Part shown: positions 40,642 to 51,719 of the stretch, one piece after another
Layout: every line of letters starts with the position of its first letter
How positions within the stretch are numbered: position 1 is the stretch's first letter
Virus record (IMG/VR): IMGVR_UViG_3300031555_004524
Location: 96,001 to 160,000 of that record
Length of the DNA stretch: 64,000 bases
Reading direction: 5' to 3' (one strand)
Source: a virus
Lineage: Duplodnaviria > Caudoviricetes
The notes under the pieces: generated by a model
The model's input: only the letters and a program-made list of their open reading frames with translations
Databases searched by the model: none
What the model was told of the DNA's origin: nothing
Program-made: the position numbers and the translations under genes

Positions 40642-40905
40642 TTATGCCATACTTCTTTTATTTTTGTTTCGTTCTTTTACTGCTTTAATAGCCGCATATT
40701 CTTGAGGTGTATAGCTACCTCTTCCTAATTTCATTAATGTATGAGCACTAATAATAGTATCTTTCTGATGACATACATCTGTATTAAATTTAGCATCATT
40801 TCTAGAAATATACATAACATTTCTAGGATTGAAAACTTCGTATGCGCGTCTATAAAACTCATCATTAGTGATCAAAAGTATGTTGAGTACGTCGCCATCG
40901 AAGTC
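40642..40905 (-). CDS. RNA polymerase beta' N-terminal subunit, exon 2
   Basis: Begins GAC TTC GAT GGC GAC = DFDGD, in frame with exon 1 after splicing. Confidence 0.92.
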   Translation of the reverse strand, partial: DFDGDVLNILLITNDEFYRRAYEVFNPRNVMYISRNDAKFNTDVCHQKDTIISAHTLMKLGRGSYTPQEYAAIKAVKERNKNKRSMA

Positions 40906-42269
40906 CGGACTTCCATGAGGTATTTTCTCAACCTCATGGTAATACATAGACTATATTTATATCCATTACCATTGAAACAAATCTTTAGGCATTGGGATAC
41001 TCTTATTTTGGATTTAAAGGGACTTATTGCTTGCAGCGCCCTTCCTATTTTCTAGGATCTACTTCTACTAATACCAATATTATATTTCTATAATATCAAT
41101 CTTTCGAATAGTCGTTGAACGTTTTATAAATTAGAAATATAAATGATAATTTTTATGTCCAGGCATAATAGGTAATGGTCTCTTTGCATTTGGATATGTT
41201 TTTCTTGCATCTGAGTATCCAGCTTTCTTAAAAATATCAATAACGAAAGACTTAAAATATCTACGTCTATTTTCGTTGACATTTAAAGCATTTGCTAGGT
41301 CATCATAATCAAAATTCGAAGATTCAGGTTGTGACATAATATAACATACATCATATGCCATTTCTTCTGGAAATCTGTAATCGCCTTGCATTCCTGGTAT
41401 ATTATATTCCATGGATATACTCATATATGCGCTACCATATTTTATATTCCGTATAATAGCACACATCTTATTTCTAGCAATCTGATCTTGTTTAGTATAA
41501 CCTAATTTATCGGCAATTTCTGGAGCTTCTAATCCATCTTTTATACATTGACAGATCAAATGTACTTGTTCATCCGTAATGTAACTTCTTGGATTGTCAG
41601 TTCCAATATATCCACATAATCCATTATCTAAAGCATGTCTAGTATTAGCTGATACAGTCAACCATTCTAAATTACCAATATAATTATTAGTTTTAACCCC
41701 ATCTTTATGATTAGGTATAAATCTAAATGATTCTTTTATTGGGCAGAATGACATTAGTACCAACTTATGAACTCCAGTAAATATAGTTTTACCATCTTCA
41801 GATATTGTAATGCTCACTCTATAGTATCCACCCTCATCTAGATAATATGACATCAATCTTTCATATCTTATTGAGTAGAGTCTACCATAATTGCTAATAT
41901 AATACCAAGGTAATACCCTTCCATCATAAAAGATAACTGGAGTGAAGTATTCACCTGGTAGCGATTCTACGTTTTTCATTACAGTTGGATAGAATAATCT
42001 TTGTAAGTTATCACTTTTTTCTGGTATTATCATTTTATCATCCCCTTTCATACTTATTTTTTCTAATTTACAAATTCGCTGCTGATTGGATATTTCGGCG
42101 ATTAAGACTTAGTGTTTCCACATATCCCATCTCGATAATTTTTTCTGATTTTCATCAGCATTCACGCTTACCTTTGCAAGTTACGTTGTAGCTTATCGAG
42201 CATTAATCCTTCCCAGCAATTAAAAGAGTTTTAACTCCTGTATTCCTACATGAGTGGCCAAGTTTGTTT
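40906..42269 (-). mobile_element. Group I self-splicing intron (1364 nt) carrying an HNH homing endonuclease
   Basis: 5' splice after U (GCGGCT/) with IGS GGCC giving the U-G pair; P AATTGCTGGGAA (~42210-42221), Q AATCAGCAG (42079-42087), R TCAACGACTA (41109-41118), S AATATAGTCT (~40948-40957); terminal G at 40906. Confidence 0.93.
41131..42051 (-). CDS. Intron-encoded HNH homing endonuclease (NUMOD4-type N-terminus; probable start 42033)
   Basis: YYISNYGR, VHKLV, NHKDGVKTNNYIGNLEW...N..HA; lies between the Q and R elements. Confidence 0.92.
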   Translation of the reverse strand: MKGDDKMIIPEKSDNLQRLFYPTVMKNVESLPGEYFTPVIFYDGRVLPWYYISNYGRLYSIRYERLMSYYLDEGGYYRVSITISEDGKTIFTGVHKLVLMSFCPIKESFRFIPNHKDGVKTNNYIGNLEWLTVSANTRHALDNGLCGYIGTDNPRSYITDEQVHLICQCIKDGLEAPEIADKLGYTKQDQIARNKMCAIIRNIKYGSAYMSISMEYNIPGMQGDYRFPEEMAYDVCYIMSQPESSNFDYDDLANALNVNENRRRYFKSFVIDIFKKAGYSDARKTYPNAKRPLPIMPGHKNYHLYF

Positions 42270-43553
42270 AGCCGCAAGCGGTGGTAAGATTTGTAATGGA
42301 ACTCCCATTACAAAACTATCTGATATTCCTACACAATACATTTGCATAATTCCACCATATGCAATAGTTGGATTTCGATTAATAATTATAGGAATTCCTC
42401 TTCCACTATGATCATTCTGAATTAATGATTCTATAATCTGTCGTATCATGATATTTTCTTCAATATATCCCTGATACCATAATTGATATGCATCAGAATA
42501 ACTTTTGTTATAAGTTTTCTGAATTATATTAACTATTCTCTGTTCTAATAATTTTACTAGACATTTATAAGGTAATTTAACCTCATCAATTCTAACTGAT
42601 AAATCAGCTGCAATAACACAACGAGATGAAAAGTTATATCGTCCACCTAAGAGTGAACGAACAATACCTTTTTTCTTCTTTAATACATCTTCTAAATTAG
42701 CATATAATTTATTAAATTTATTTTGTAAATCATATAATAATTCGAAATTTGATGTGGATTTAGCATTCATCTTTAATACACCATATTGATTTAATTTATT
42801 TACAATATTATTCATAATATTATAAAGACCATTGCTATCTTCATAATAGAAGTTTTTCTGATCTACATCAATAGGTCTAAGTAATACTGTAAATACAGGT
42901 ATTGATTGTGTAAATACTACATCTTTATTGTCTAGTATTTCATGATACTGCTCACGTTTCTTTTTGGTAGTTATTGATCTTGCGTAGAATTCAATAACTT
43001 CATCAAATCTTTCTTTAAATTCCATCATACCAATACCAGCAAATGGTTCATCTTTTGTCTTTGTTACCCCAGTATCAGTAACATGACCATCTTGATCTTT
43101 TTCTGCAGCATATGCTAAAATATGATCTAATCTTTCTTTTCCTAAGAAATTCTTGATTACTTTATACATATTTGGATGCATGATATAATGTGGATCTTTC
43201 AATACAATCCAACCAAAATATGCAAAATTATCATCTACATATTCTACTGGAGTTCCACAAATTGGACAGATGGTTTTATTGTTGATACGGAAATTTAAAT
43301 GTCCACATTTACAACGATATCTGTTTGCATATGGATTCATATCTCTTAATGTCTGACCAAATCTTGATGACCATAATCCATCATAATCTTTTAAGTCTTT
43401 CTTGATACCATGCGGTGGACCAATAACAAAACCGTTATCTATGGATAAATCCATAATACGTTCTTGGTCTAGATTAATTCTTTTTAATCTGGTTTCATAT
43501 TCGTAGTCTTCTGAGTACGGATATCTCAGAGTTACTTCAAATTCTCCTCCCAT
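42270..43553 (-). CDS. RNA polymerase beta' N-terminal subunit, exon 1 (probably non-virion RNAP)
   Basis: Zn site CKCG...CPICG, LLGGRYNFSSRCVI, INRNPTI, ends PPLAA; GGAGG RBS before ATG 43553; spliced product ~515 aa. Confidence 0.92.
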
Positions 43554-43692
43554 ATTTAATTTTACACCTCCTTGATTTTTGTTCATATAAATAATATATG
43601 ATTATTTGGCTGTTTGGGAAAAAGTAAAAAAATAAAGGATTGTTGATCATCCTTTATTTTTTAGGGAATACTAGATCTGCATAGATCTAGTA

Positions 43693-43803
43693 TTAATTTG
43701 ATTTAAATTTAATAGTTGATGATCTTTTTGATATTTCGAGCATCATCCTTCTCAGAATATACCACGCTTTTATGAATGCAATTCTAACAGCTTTTATATA
43801 CAT
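43693..43803 (-). CDS. Small basic hypothetical protein (36 aa; not in ORF track)
   Basis: AAGGAG RBS; MYIKAVRIAFIKAWYILRRMMLEISKRSSTIKFKSN. Confidence 0.4.
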   Translation of the reverse strand: MYIKAVRIAFIKAWYILRRMMLEISKRSSTIKFKSN

Positions 43804-43816
43804 CTCATATATCTCC

Positions 43817-43930
43817 TTATTTTAAAAATCTTTTTAATTTACCATCTTCAATTTTAATTGATGGGTTGTATTGTGAGCTGAGTCTGTGACATTCAGTTGA
43901 TTTATTTAAAGTATTTAAAGTGTGTAACAT
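43817..43930 (-). CDS. Small hypothetical protein (37 aa; not in ORF track)
   Basis: AAGGAG RBS, early promoter at 43969; MLHTLNTLNKSTECHRLSSQYNPSIKIEDGKLKRFLK. Confidence 0.5.
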   Translation of the reverse strand: MLHTLNTLNKSTECHRLSSQYNPSIKIEDGKLKRFLK

Positions 43931-44203
43931 TTTTTATCTCTCCTTTTTTAAATGTATCATATGTATTTCATAATAATAATATATCATTAATGATATCAAT
44001 ATTTACAATAATAATATTATTGTATCTTTAAAAATTTATTAAATTATTAGTAAAAAAATAAAGGACACGCTACCATCCTTTATTTTTTTATTTAAAATCC
44101 TCCCTTCTTTTTTATTTTTGTTGAATGTATTGTATGTATTTCATAATAATAATATATTACCAATAATAGTTATTTTTACAAAAAACAGAGTAGACTTTTT
44201 AGT

Positions 44204-44818
44204 CTACTCTGCACCTAAAATAGTATAATATATCCTACCAAATACTGAACGAACACAAGATTCCAGATTACCATTAATAAATCTATCAAGTTCGCATATA
44301 CCTGCTTTTTTTAAATTATCTTCAGAAAAATCAATTAAATCTTGTCTAAGTCTTCTATACATTTCTGCATAGTCTTTATTAGAATTTCGTTCTCTATTAA
44401 GAGCACGTAATGCTCGTACATATTCATCCGGAGTCTCGATATATATAGGGACCATAGTTTCAGTACCATAATATTCGCATAACTTTGTATAACTTTCAAG
44501 TGTACCAATACCAATATAATTATTAGACTCTAGATCAATAACATCTGATGAAGTAAAATATACCCATGGCCCATTAGATGTATTGTATGTTCTGCTTTCT
44601 AATATTTTACCTTTTTTATACATATCATTATACAATTTATCATTAACAAAATGATATTCTACACCATTTGTTTCTCCAGATCTCATAGGTCTAGTAGTAT
44701 ATATTATTATCGGTTTTATATTTATTTCCGATCTTTCTAATAAATCATCTAGAATAAGCTTATATATAGTGTCTTTCCCTGCTGATGATTTGCCCATAAT
44801 ATAAAAAATATAATTCAT
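44204..44818 (-). CDS. gmk: Guanylate kinase-like nucleoside monophosphate kinase
   Basis: GKSSAGKDT P-loop, YTTRPMRSGETNGVEYHFV. Confidence 0.9.
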   Translation of the reverse strand: MNYIFYIMGKSSAGKDTIYKLILDDLLERSEINIKPIIIYTTRPMRSGETNGVEYHFVNDKLYNDMYKKGKILESRTYNTSNGPWVYFTSSDVIDLESNNYIGIGTLESYTKLCEYYGTETMVPIYIETPDEYVRALRALNRERNSNKDYAEMYRRLRQDLIDFSEDNLKKAGICELDRFINGNLESCVRSVFGRIYYTILGAE

Positions 44819-44846
44819 ACATTATTTTTCTCCTTTCGTGTATTAA

Positions 44847-45425
44847 TTATATTTTCATATCTCCATATATTGCTACAATATCATGCATTGGAGTTTTAAA
44901 TGGAATAACGTCTAATATATCATCAAAATCATAATTGCGTCTAATAAGCATTTTTATATATATCTTTTCATCATCTCTATCTTTTCGATCATATTTATAG
45001 AAATTAGTATATATGAAAACTTCAGCTGGATTGGACCATTGTAAATTTTCCACAGTATGATTCATATTATTCCAATCTCTAACATGTACAAGATTTCTAT
45101 TATATTGAATATCTTTTTCTGTTTTTGGTAGAAATGTTATTGCCACTAATCTATTTAATGAATATTCTTTAATCTTTCCTTTATTAGAATAAAGAGCAAC
45201 TCGACCAATACGATTTCTATAACTTATCTCAATTATAGTATTTGATTTCTTATCAATAATTTTTCCAAGAGGACTAATACCATAACGACCTGGCATTATA
45301 TCTTCAATTTCAAGATCAACAATAATATTTCCATCTTTTTCAACATTAGATTCTAATTGATTGACCTTATTATTAAACATTGGAATCTTCTTTGTAAAAT
45401 TTTTGAAAAATCTTTTCATCTTCAT
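44847..45425 (-). CDS. Degenerate HNH-like protein
   Basis: YGISPLG, LNRLVAITF, VHVRDWNNMNHTVENLQW resemble NUMOD4-HNH with altered catalytic residues. Confidence 0.6.
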   Translation of the reverse strand: MKMKRFFKNFTKKIPMFNNKVNQLESNVEKDGNIIVDLEIEDIMPGRYGISPLGKIIDKKSNTIIEISYRNRIGRVALYSNKGKIKEYSLNRLVAITFLPKTEKDIQYNRNLVHVRDWNNMNHTVENLQWSNPAEVFIYTNFYKYDRKDRDDEKIYIKMLIRRNYDFDDILDVIPFKTPMHDIVAIYGDMKI

Positions 45426-45504
45426 ATTAATTTACCTCGATCAAATAAAATATTAATTAGATGTAAAAAATAAAAGGATATGTGTTCCCACATATCCTTT
45501 ATTA

Positions 45505-46743
45505 TTATTTTGTAATTCCAAATGCTTTATTAATATCCATAGTTGTCATTTTTTGTGTGCCATCATGGAAAGCTTTCATTGATCTATTTTTCATAGTAGA
45601 TGGCAAATTAGTAGAAGCTACTCCAATATTCTTTTCATTTCTATAATACTCCATATTACCAGCACAAGCATTACATATTCCTGTTTTAGATTCACACATT
45701 GATGAAAATCTCATTTTAACTGTTTTTCCTATGTATTTATTTTTATTAGAAGAATTTAATTCTACTAATCTATTTCCTTCCACCATATAGCAATACATCC
45801 ATTCACCAATATTATCATTAGTTAATGTAACTTTAATATATCTTTTTGTTCCACAATCAGAACCTTTAGTATCTAATGTTATATGCTGATATGCATATAA
45901 AAATAACTTTTCAAGATATCCACCGATTTCAGTTTTCTTTGCTCTAGAGAACGGACCTGCTGCTAATGAATTTGCAAATAATGAATATTCTTCAGGTTTA
46001 ATACCATCAATATAACTAGAAGTAGCAACTTTATATTTTTGTTTAGCTGAAGGGTCTGGATTTTTAATTGGACCTCTTATCACAAACATTTCTTTGAACT
46101 GATTATTTACACTTCCTCTAGCTCCAGAAAGAAACATATCCATAGATGGATCATCTCCCATGTATTCTTTTGCATATTCTATTAATTCTTTTTCCAATTT
46201 ACTTGCAACTACTACATCTCCAGCATCTAGTTCTTTCTTATATTTTTTAATTAATTCTTCTTTTTTCTTATTTATAGCTTTACTACAGGTTAACATTTTT
46301 TCAGTATATGCTGGGGATAATATACTTACATATGGCATAAACTTTTGTGTCTTCATCAAAAATCTATGCAAAATATCAACAGTAATTCTATCTTCCATTA
46401 AAGCATATGATAATAATTCAGTTATATCACTGAACACTTTACCGTCAATTGTTTTATTTATATATCCACCATCAATGAGATCAAACAATTCCTGCTCTAT
46501 AAAAAATTTATTAAATACATAAATACCTACAGTTGTAGTGAACTCTTTTTTATTCTTTCTATTTCCTTTACCATAGCTTCCAGGTGGTATTGTTATTTCA
46601 TCATAAGTCTGAAATCTTGTTTTTCCATCAAACTTACCAAAAGTCTCCATTATAAAAGTTGTTGTAATATCATCTTCACTTATATTTGCTATATATTGTA
46701 TATCTTCTTTTTTTGTTATCACTTTAGGTTTTCTTGAAGCCAT
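45505..46743 (-). CDS. RNA polymerase beta' middle/C-terminal subunit (probably virion RNAP)
   Basis: TTVG, SGARG, bridge helix KKTEIGGYLEK, DCGT, CESKTGICNAC Zn site, trigger-loop MKAFHDG; late promoter 46768-46779. Confidence 0.9.
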   Translation of the reverse strand: MASRKPKVITKKEDIQYIANISEDDITTTFIMETFGKFDGKTRFQTYDEITIPPGSYGKGNRKNKKEFTTTVGIYVFNKFFIEQELFDLIDGGYINKTIDGKVFSDITELLSYALMEDRITVDILHRFLMKTQKFMPYVSILSPAYTEKMLTCSKAINKKKEELIKKYKKELDAGDVVVASKLEKELIEYAKEYMGDDPSMDMFLSGARGSVNNQFKEMFVIRGPIKNPDPSAKQKYKVATSSYIDGIKPEEYSLFANSLAAGPFSRAKKTEIGGYLEKLFLYAYQHITLDTKGSDCGTKRYIKVTLTNDNIGEWMYCYMVEGNRLVELNSSNKNKYIGKTVKMRFSSMCESKTGICNACAGNMEYYRNEKNIGVASTNLPSTMKNRSMKAFHDGTQKMTTMDINKAFGITK

Positions 46744-46827
46744 ATTGAATTGCTCCTTTCAAAATATTATTAGTAAGTTGACAAAAAATAATCCTAGTGC
46801 TTTTTTACAGCACTAGGATTAATATTT

Positions 46828-47166
46828 TTAATTGAATCGATATGTTCTATCATTAATTGAAACGATGTAAGACTTGTATTCATAAATTTGATTGAGATAT
46901 TCCATGATATCTACTTCCTCGATATATAATATTTCTTTAGGACATTCAGGATTTGGACATTCATTTGCTCCCGCATTCATTGGATATCCACAATATGGAC
47001 AAACTCCTGGTCCTATAAAACGTTCTTCAAAGATTGTGTCGTTTTTTGGTACTCTTGTGTACTCCAGTTCAGCTACTAACTCGCCCTCTTCAATAGCTTG
47101 CACTCGTATATACTGAATATCTTCTATTCGGTATTGTACGATTCTTCCTCTTTGTTTTTCCATCAT
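46828..47166 (-). CDS. Zn-ribbon protein
   Basis: CPYCG...CPNPEC; early promoter at 47211. Confidence 0.75.
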   Translation of the reverse strand: MMEKQRGRIVQYRIEDIQYIRVQAIEEGELVAELEYTRVPKNDTIFEERFIGPGVCPYCGYPMNAGANECPNPECPKEILYIEEVDIMEYLNQIYEYKSYIVSINDRTYRFN

Positions 47167-47282
47167 ATTTGTCTCTCCTTTTTCTCATATAATGTATACT
47201 TATAGCGTATCATAACTATAATATACAACTGTTATATTTTATAGTTACTAAATCTGTACAAATATACATTTTTACTAATCTT

Positions 47283-48101
47283 CTAATAGAATATCTGATA
47301 AATAATATCGATACCTTTATCTTCTTCGATTAATGACTCTGTAGAAAAATTCAATTTTGTAAGTGGTCTAATATTCTGATATACAGTATAACCATTAATT
47401 ACCTTTGGCACTGCTGTTAATAATGAAATAGTATTAATTTTGGCATCATTAATACCAGTAGTAGCAATAAAGAATTCTCTACAATCTTCTGGTGTAATAG
47501 ATAGCTTAATTTCAACATATGATTCAACTCTCATTGAATTGTCTGACATATATATATTCTCATCGATAGGAGTACCATCGACATATTCCTGTTTGAAAAT
47601 AGGTGCCTGCTCAAAAGCTTTGAAATAATATGCAATTCTATCAGCAGCAGCAATTGTTTTTCTTCCAAAATATTTTTCTCGCAAATCAGCTGAAATATCT
47701 GCATTGGTTAACTGATATCTAAATGGAACAAGATCTTCTGCACTGATCCACTTAGTATAATCTACATCTAATTTCTGACTAACTTCTGGTCCGCATCCAC
47801 CAACACCTACTGCAAATAAATAAACATATGAATCTAAACGTTCTTCCGAATCTGTAATAGATGATATATTATCTAATCCTAATACTGAATTGTATGTAGG
47901 AGTTTTTACTGGAATGCTAATATCTTTAAAATGTTTCATTGCAGTAAAAGTTGAACCTGGTAATATAACTTTATTATCCTCTTCAAATAATAAAATGTCG
48001 GTACCATGAATATAAAATTTACCATGACCTCTTGCAATTCTATTAAAATTTGCATTGTCTTGCGACTTTGCTCCATCATATAATACTTTTTTAGTATTCA
48101 T
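47283..48101 (-). CDS. Putative baseplate/tail-associated virion protein
   Basis: 272 aa, co-transcribed with the 768-aa late gene; tail-collar-like FAVG.GG...I.L..A...K....L..I.Y pattern. Confidence 0.5.
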   Translation of the reverse strand: MNTKKVLYDGAKSQDNANFNRIARGHGKFYIHGTDILLFEEDNKVILPGSTFTAMKHFKDISIPVKTPTYNSVLGLDNISSITDSEERLDSYVYLFAVGVGGCGPEVSQKLDVDYTKWISAEDLVPFRYQLTNADISADLREKYFGRKTIAAADRIAYYFKAFEQAPIFKQEYVDGTPIDENIYMSDNSMRVESYVEIKLSITPEDCREFFIATTGINDAKINTISLLTAVPKVINGYTVYQNIRPLTKLNFSTESLIEEDKGIDIIYQIFY

Positions 48102-48121
48102 TGTTATTACCTCCTAAAAAT

Positions 48122-50428
48122 TTAATTTGTATATGAAATATGTATCACATCCTCAAGATATATTTTTTCTTTTGGTTTGAGGTGTACTAATAATTCATTT
48201 ATGTAATCATCAATCTGAACATGATCTACTTTATGAAGTAAATACTTGAACAGTATTCTGTCTATAATTGATATCCAGTTATCTACTCTATTGTCAAATT
48301 TGTACACAATATTCATATGAGTGAAATCAACTTTATAAGATTTAAAGAAATTTAATACTTTATATAAATATTGTCTTAGATAATCCATAGATACAGTAGG
48401 TATTCCATGGAAAATAAATCTAAATTCTTCTTCATCAAGATATATATAAATATTATCTACAATATAATTGATAATTTCTGAGCATTTATTTTTTCTATCA
48501 GACTCACTATCAATATTTTTGCAATCATAAATAATACTATATAGCGGACTATTTTTTTCAGATAAGAATTCTAAATATGTTTTTGGTTCATATCCGATAG
48601 ATCTAAAATAATCAAAATTTAATTGCGTTATCATTAATGAATCGAAGAGTTTCTTATATATATCATAAATATTCTTATCATTAGCAGTATACATCTGATC
48701 AACTAAGTGATTATAAATATTTTTATTATTTGTGTATATTTCTATTAATTGATCGAAGGTAAATACTCCATCTTTTGGGTTCTTAAATCCTGATATTCCT
48801 AATTCTTCTAATGTAAATTTCTTTTCTGCTACATATGAAGCTAAGTCATTCATGTCAGTTTCAAAATTAAACCCACAAACTGCTAATACTTGAATTGGAT
48901 TATATATGATATTATCTTTGATACCAAGATATGTATACATTAAAGAATATAACCCAATTAAACACTCGACGAGATTAAATTTATTAGTAGAACTTAATTC
49001 TGGAATGTCTAAATTTAATTCGTTCATATTTATATTACTATATAATATCATATTTATGAAATAACATAATTCCAACGTTAATTCTGTTAAAGAATAGGTT
49101 GTTTCCATACCAAGATATTTAGTAATAACCATATTGAATTCTCTTTCCAATATAGTATGTTTAACCTCTTCTGCAGTATAAGGCCCATTCCAATATACAT
49201 CATCTTTCACAAAATCATCATATGATACTATATTAAATGGATCTCGTATAGCTTCTTCTGCTATACCACCATCAAGTGGAACTTTTAAGAATTTAAGCTC
49301 ATAGTTAGCATCAACATTTTCAACCATTTGACCAGTTTTAGGATCTTCAAACATATCTTTTTGATATGACCCATCTTCGCGAATAACTGGATCTTTTAAA
49401 AGATAATATTGAAATAGTTCAACTTCATCAAATCCAAATAATGATGCTATATCTATTAGATTCTTATTACAAGATTTATACTTAATTAATCTATTAAGAT
49501 TTTTAACTAATCTCTTTTGATATTTTAATGGTATTTCAGGAAAATATTTTACTCCCTGAGACTCAAATACATATTGAATAGTTCTAAGGTCAAATAATTC
49601 TCGCTGAATAATATATTCTGGAGATAAGTTTATCATATCCACAAATGATTGTATAATAATCATACACATTACAAATTTATCATAATAATCTGATTCAAAT
49701 TTGTATGCTTCTGAATAGAAGGTTTGTAATAAAAATACTCGATTTATTTCTAATCTATCTTTAAATTTATTATAAACTTCTGTTGATTGACATGATGGTA
49801 AATATAACAACCCAAATTTAGCAGTTTTTCTAGCTAAATATGGATTTATTTTTTTCTCCCCAACATAATTCAAATATGTCTTATTTGGATAGGTAGCTTT
49901 TATTTCTTGCAATATATTCTTGGTTTCTAGTATATGAATTTCATCACTATCCATCTCATGAATATATTTATAATAATCAAAAGTCTCAATGCCAATTCTA
50001 GACATTTGATCGTAAGTTAAATGTATACCTTTATCCCCAAGAGGAGGTATACCATTAAGCATTCTATAATATTCATTCTGCTCTTCAAATTCTGCTAGAA
50101 AAGATTCTTCCTTATTCTTTAATATAGCAGATCTATATGAAGTCGGTATAAGTTTATTATTATTAGCATACATTTTTGCTGCTTCGCTACTAATACCTGG
50201 AACTTTTATAAGGTCCTTATATTCGAAATTCCATAATTCGAATCTATCTCTGCCCTCTACGATATCGGCATATCTATCAGCCATTTTTACACTATAAAGC
50301 GTTTCATGCTTATCTGCCTCGTCTTGATCTTTTAATATAATACCTTCAGTTATCATATTACGACACTGAAATACTATTTCATCGATTATCGGCACGTCTG
50401 TATAAATTCTCTGCGTTGTATCGACCAT
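48122..50428 (-). CDS. Putative baseplate wedge/virion structural protein
   Basis: 768 aa; LVKNLNRLIKYKS...IASLFG resembles wedge-protein motifs; late promoter 50458-50469. Confidence 0.55.
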   Translation of the reverse strand: MVDTTQRIYTDVPIIDEIVFQCRNMITEGIILKDQDEADKHETLYSVKMADRYADIVEGRDRFELWNFEYKDLIKVPGISSEAAKMYANNNKLIPTSYRSAILKNKEESFLAEFEEQNEYYRMLNGIPPLGDKGIHLTYDQMSRIGIETFDYYKYIHEMDSDEIHILETKNILQEIKATYPNKTYLNYVGEKKINPYLARKTAKFGLLYLPSCQSTEVYNKFKDRLEINRVFLLQTFYSEAYKFESDYYDKFVMCMIIIQSFVDMINLSPEYIIQRELFDLRTIQYVFESQGVKYFPEIPLKYQKRLVKNLNRLIKYKSCNKNLIDIASLFGFDEVELFQYYLLKDPVIREDGSYQKDMFEDPKTGQMVENVDANYELKFLKVPLDGGIAEEAIRDPFNIVSYDDFVKDDVYWNGPYTAEEVKHTILEREFNMVITKYLGMETTYSLTELTLELCYFINMILYSNINMNELNLDIPELSSTNKFNLVECLIGLYSLMYTYLGIKDNIIYNPIQVLAVCGFNFETDMNDLASYVAEKKFTLEELGISGFKNPKDGVFTFDQLIEIYTNNKNIYNHLVDQMYTANDKNIYDIYKKLFDSLMITQLNFDYFRSIGYEPKTYLEFLSEKNSPLYSIIYDCKNIDSESDRKNKCSEIINYIVDNIYIYLDEEEFRFIFHGIPTVSMDYLRQYLYKVLNFFKSYKVDFTHMNIVYKFDNRVDNWISIIDRILFKYLLHKVDHVQIDDYINELLVHLKPKEKIYLEDVIHISYTN

Positions 50429-50566
50429 CTAGATTCATTCCTTTCTCTAGAAATATTTATTAGAATGTGCACAAAAACAAAAATATACAACAATAATTCA
50501 ATTATATAGCTAGATTCAATATAATAGGGGAAACATAGCAGTAACTTAAAAAGGAAGTGATAATAT

Positions 50567-51277
50567 ATGAATGATAATATAGCAGATGTACGAATGTCTT
50601 ATGAAATGGAAGGAAATCCAACATTACATTCTCCAAATACACCATTCGAACAACCTTTTTTATCAGATAGAGATACATTTATGGATGTGGATGAATATAA
50701 AGCTTTTGTGGAAAATTGTATTTCCAGATTTAGACATAGTGTTACATATAAAAATTATAAGCATTACTTGTATGATATAGGATTAAACAGATGCCAATTA
50801 TTAGGTAATATTACAAGTGATATGAAAGTGGCAATAGAAATGCATCATAATTTCTTAAATATTTTTGATATTACTGTATTAATAACTGAGCATATGATAA
50901 ATACTATAGGTTATTGTACAACTTTCGACGTAGTTCAAGCATTAAAAGAAGAGCATAAGAATAATAATATTCCAATAGTTATGCTTTCTAAAACAGCTCA
51001 TCAATTATATCACAATTCAAACGGAGAATTATTTATGCCAGCGAGAATGTGCTTTGGATTCTGGTATGAATTACTTAGAAAATATAATAGAGGTATAACT
51101 ATAAATATAGCACAAAAAGTTGTAAATTTCTTACGCAAAAGCGTTGAATATGAACAGAAATATTTACCAGATGAGGATATGACTAGAAAGTTATTAGAAG
51201 TAAGAGAACAAGTAGAAGGGTGGAATCAATATAATGAATATGCAGATATTATGCGGATTAATGGTGTTATATACTAG
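50567..51277 (+). CDS. HNH-like fold protein, paralogue of 61359-62195
   Basis: C...IEMHH...VMLSKTAHQLYH; late promoter 50532-50543. Confidence 0.6.
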   Translation: MNDNIADVRMSYEMEGNPTLHSPNTPFEQPFLSDRDTFMDVDEYKAFVENCISRFRHSVTYKNYKHYLYDIGLNRCQLLGNITSDMKVAIEMHHNFLNIFDITVLITEHMINTIGYCTTFDVVQALKEEHKNNNIPIVMLSKTAHQLYHNSNGELFMPARMCFGFWYELLRKYNRGITINIAQKVVNFLRKSVEYEQKYLPDEDMTRKLLEVREQVEGWNQYNEYADIMRINGVIY

Positions 51278-51674
51278 TGCAACTATAATTGGTTTGTTCT
51301 TAATCGCTTATGAATTAAGAATAAAAAATAAAGAATCTCAAGAAAGACGTTTATTGGATGAACGTCAATTGCTATATACTATGCATATAGATAATAACGA
51401 TATGGATATATTAGATCAACTTATTATGGATAGTGTAACAGACTATAGAATTTTAAATATAGATTATGATCCACAGTTTTATATGAATAGCAATGAAGAA
51501 CAAAAAATGCTTAAAACTGTATTGGAAGATGTATTAACAAAATTATCTCCAATCATATTAGAAAGATTATCTTTATTATATAATAAAGATAAATTAGAAG
51601 ATATAATATTTAAAAAAGTCAGTATGGCAATATTATCTTGTAAGGTAGAGATAAATGGTAATTTTAAAGAATAA
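51234..51674 (+). CDS. Hypothetical protein with N-terminal TM helix
   Basis: 146-aa ORF. Confidence 0.65.
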   Translation: MNMQILCGLMVLYTSATIIGLFLIAYELRIKNKESQERRLLDERQLLYTMHIDNNDMDILDQLIMDSVTDYRILNIDYDPQFYMNSNEEQKMLKTVLEDVLTKLSPIILERLSLLYNKDKLEDIIFKKVSMAILSCKVEINGNFKE

Positions 51675-51719
51675 AAAGGAGGAGTAGAGCAAAATAGCTC
51701 TACTCCTATATATTTTATT

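Noticed and set aside
40642-40947. Stand-alone 101-aa gene as given in the ORF track
   Set aside because: Its first 14 codons are intron sequence; the rest is exon 2 of the RNAP subunit
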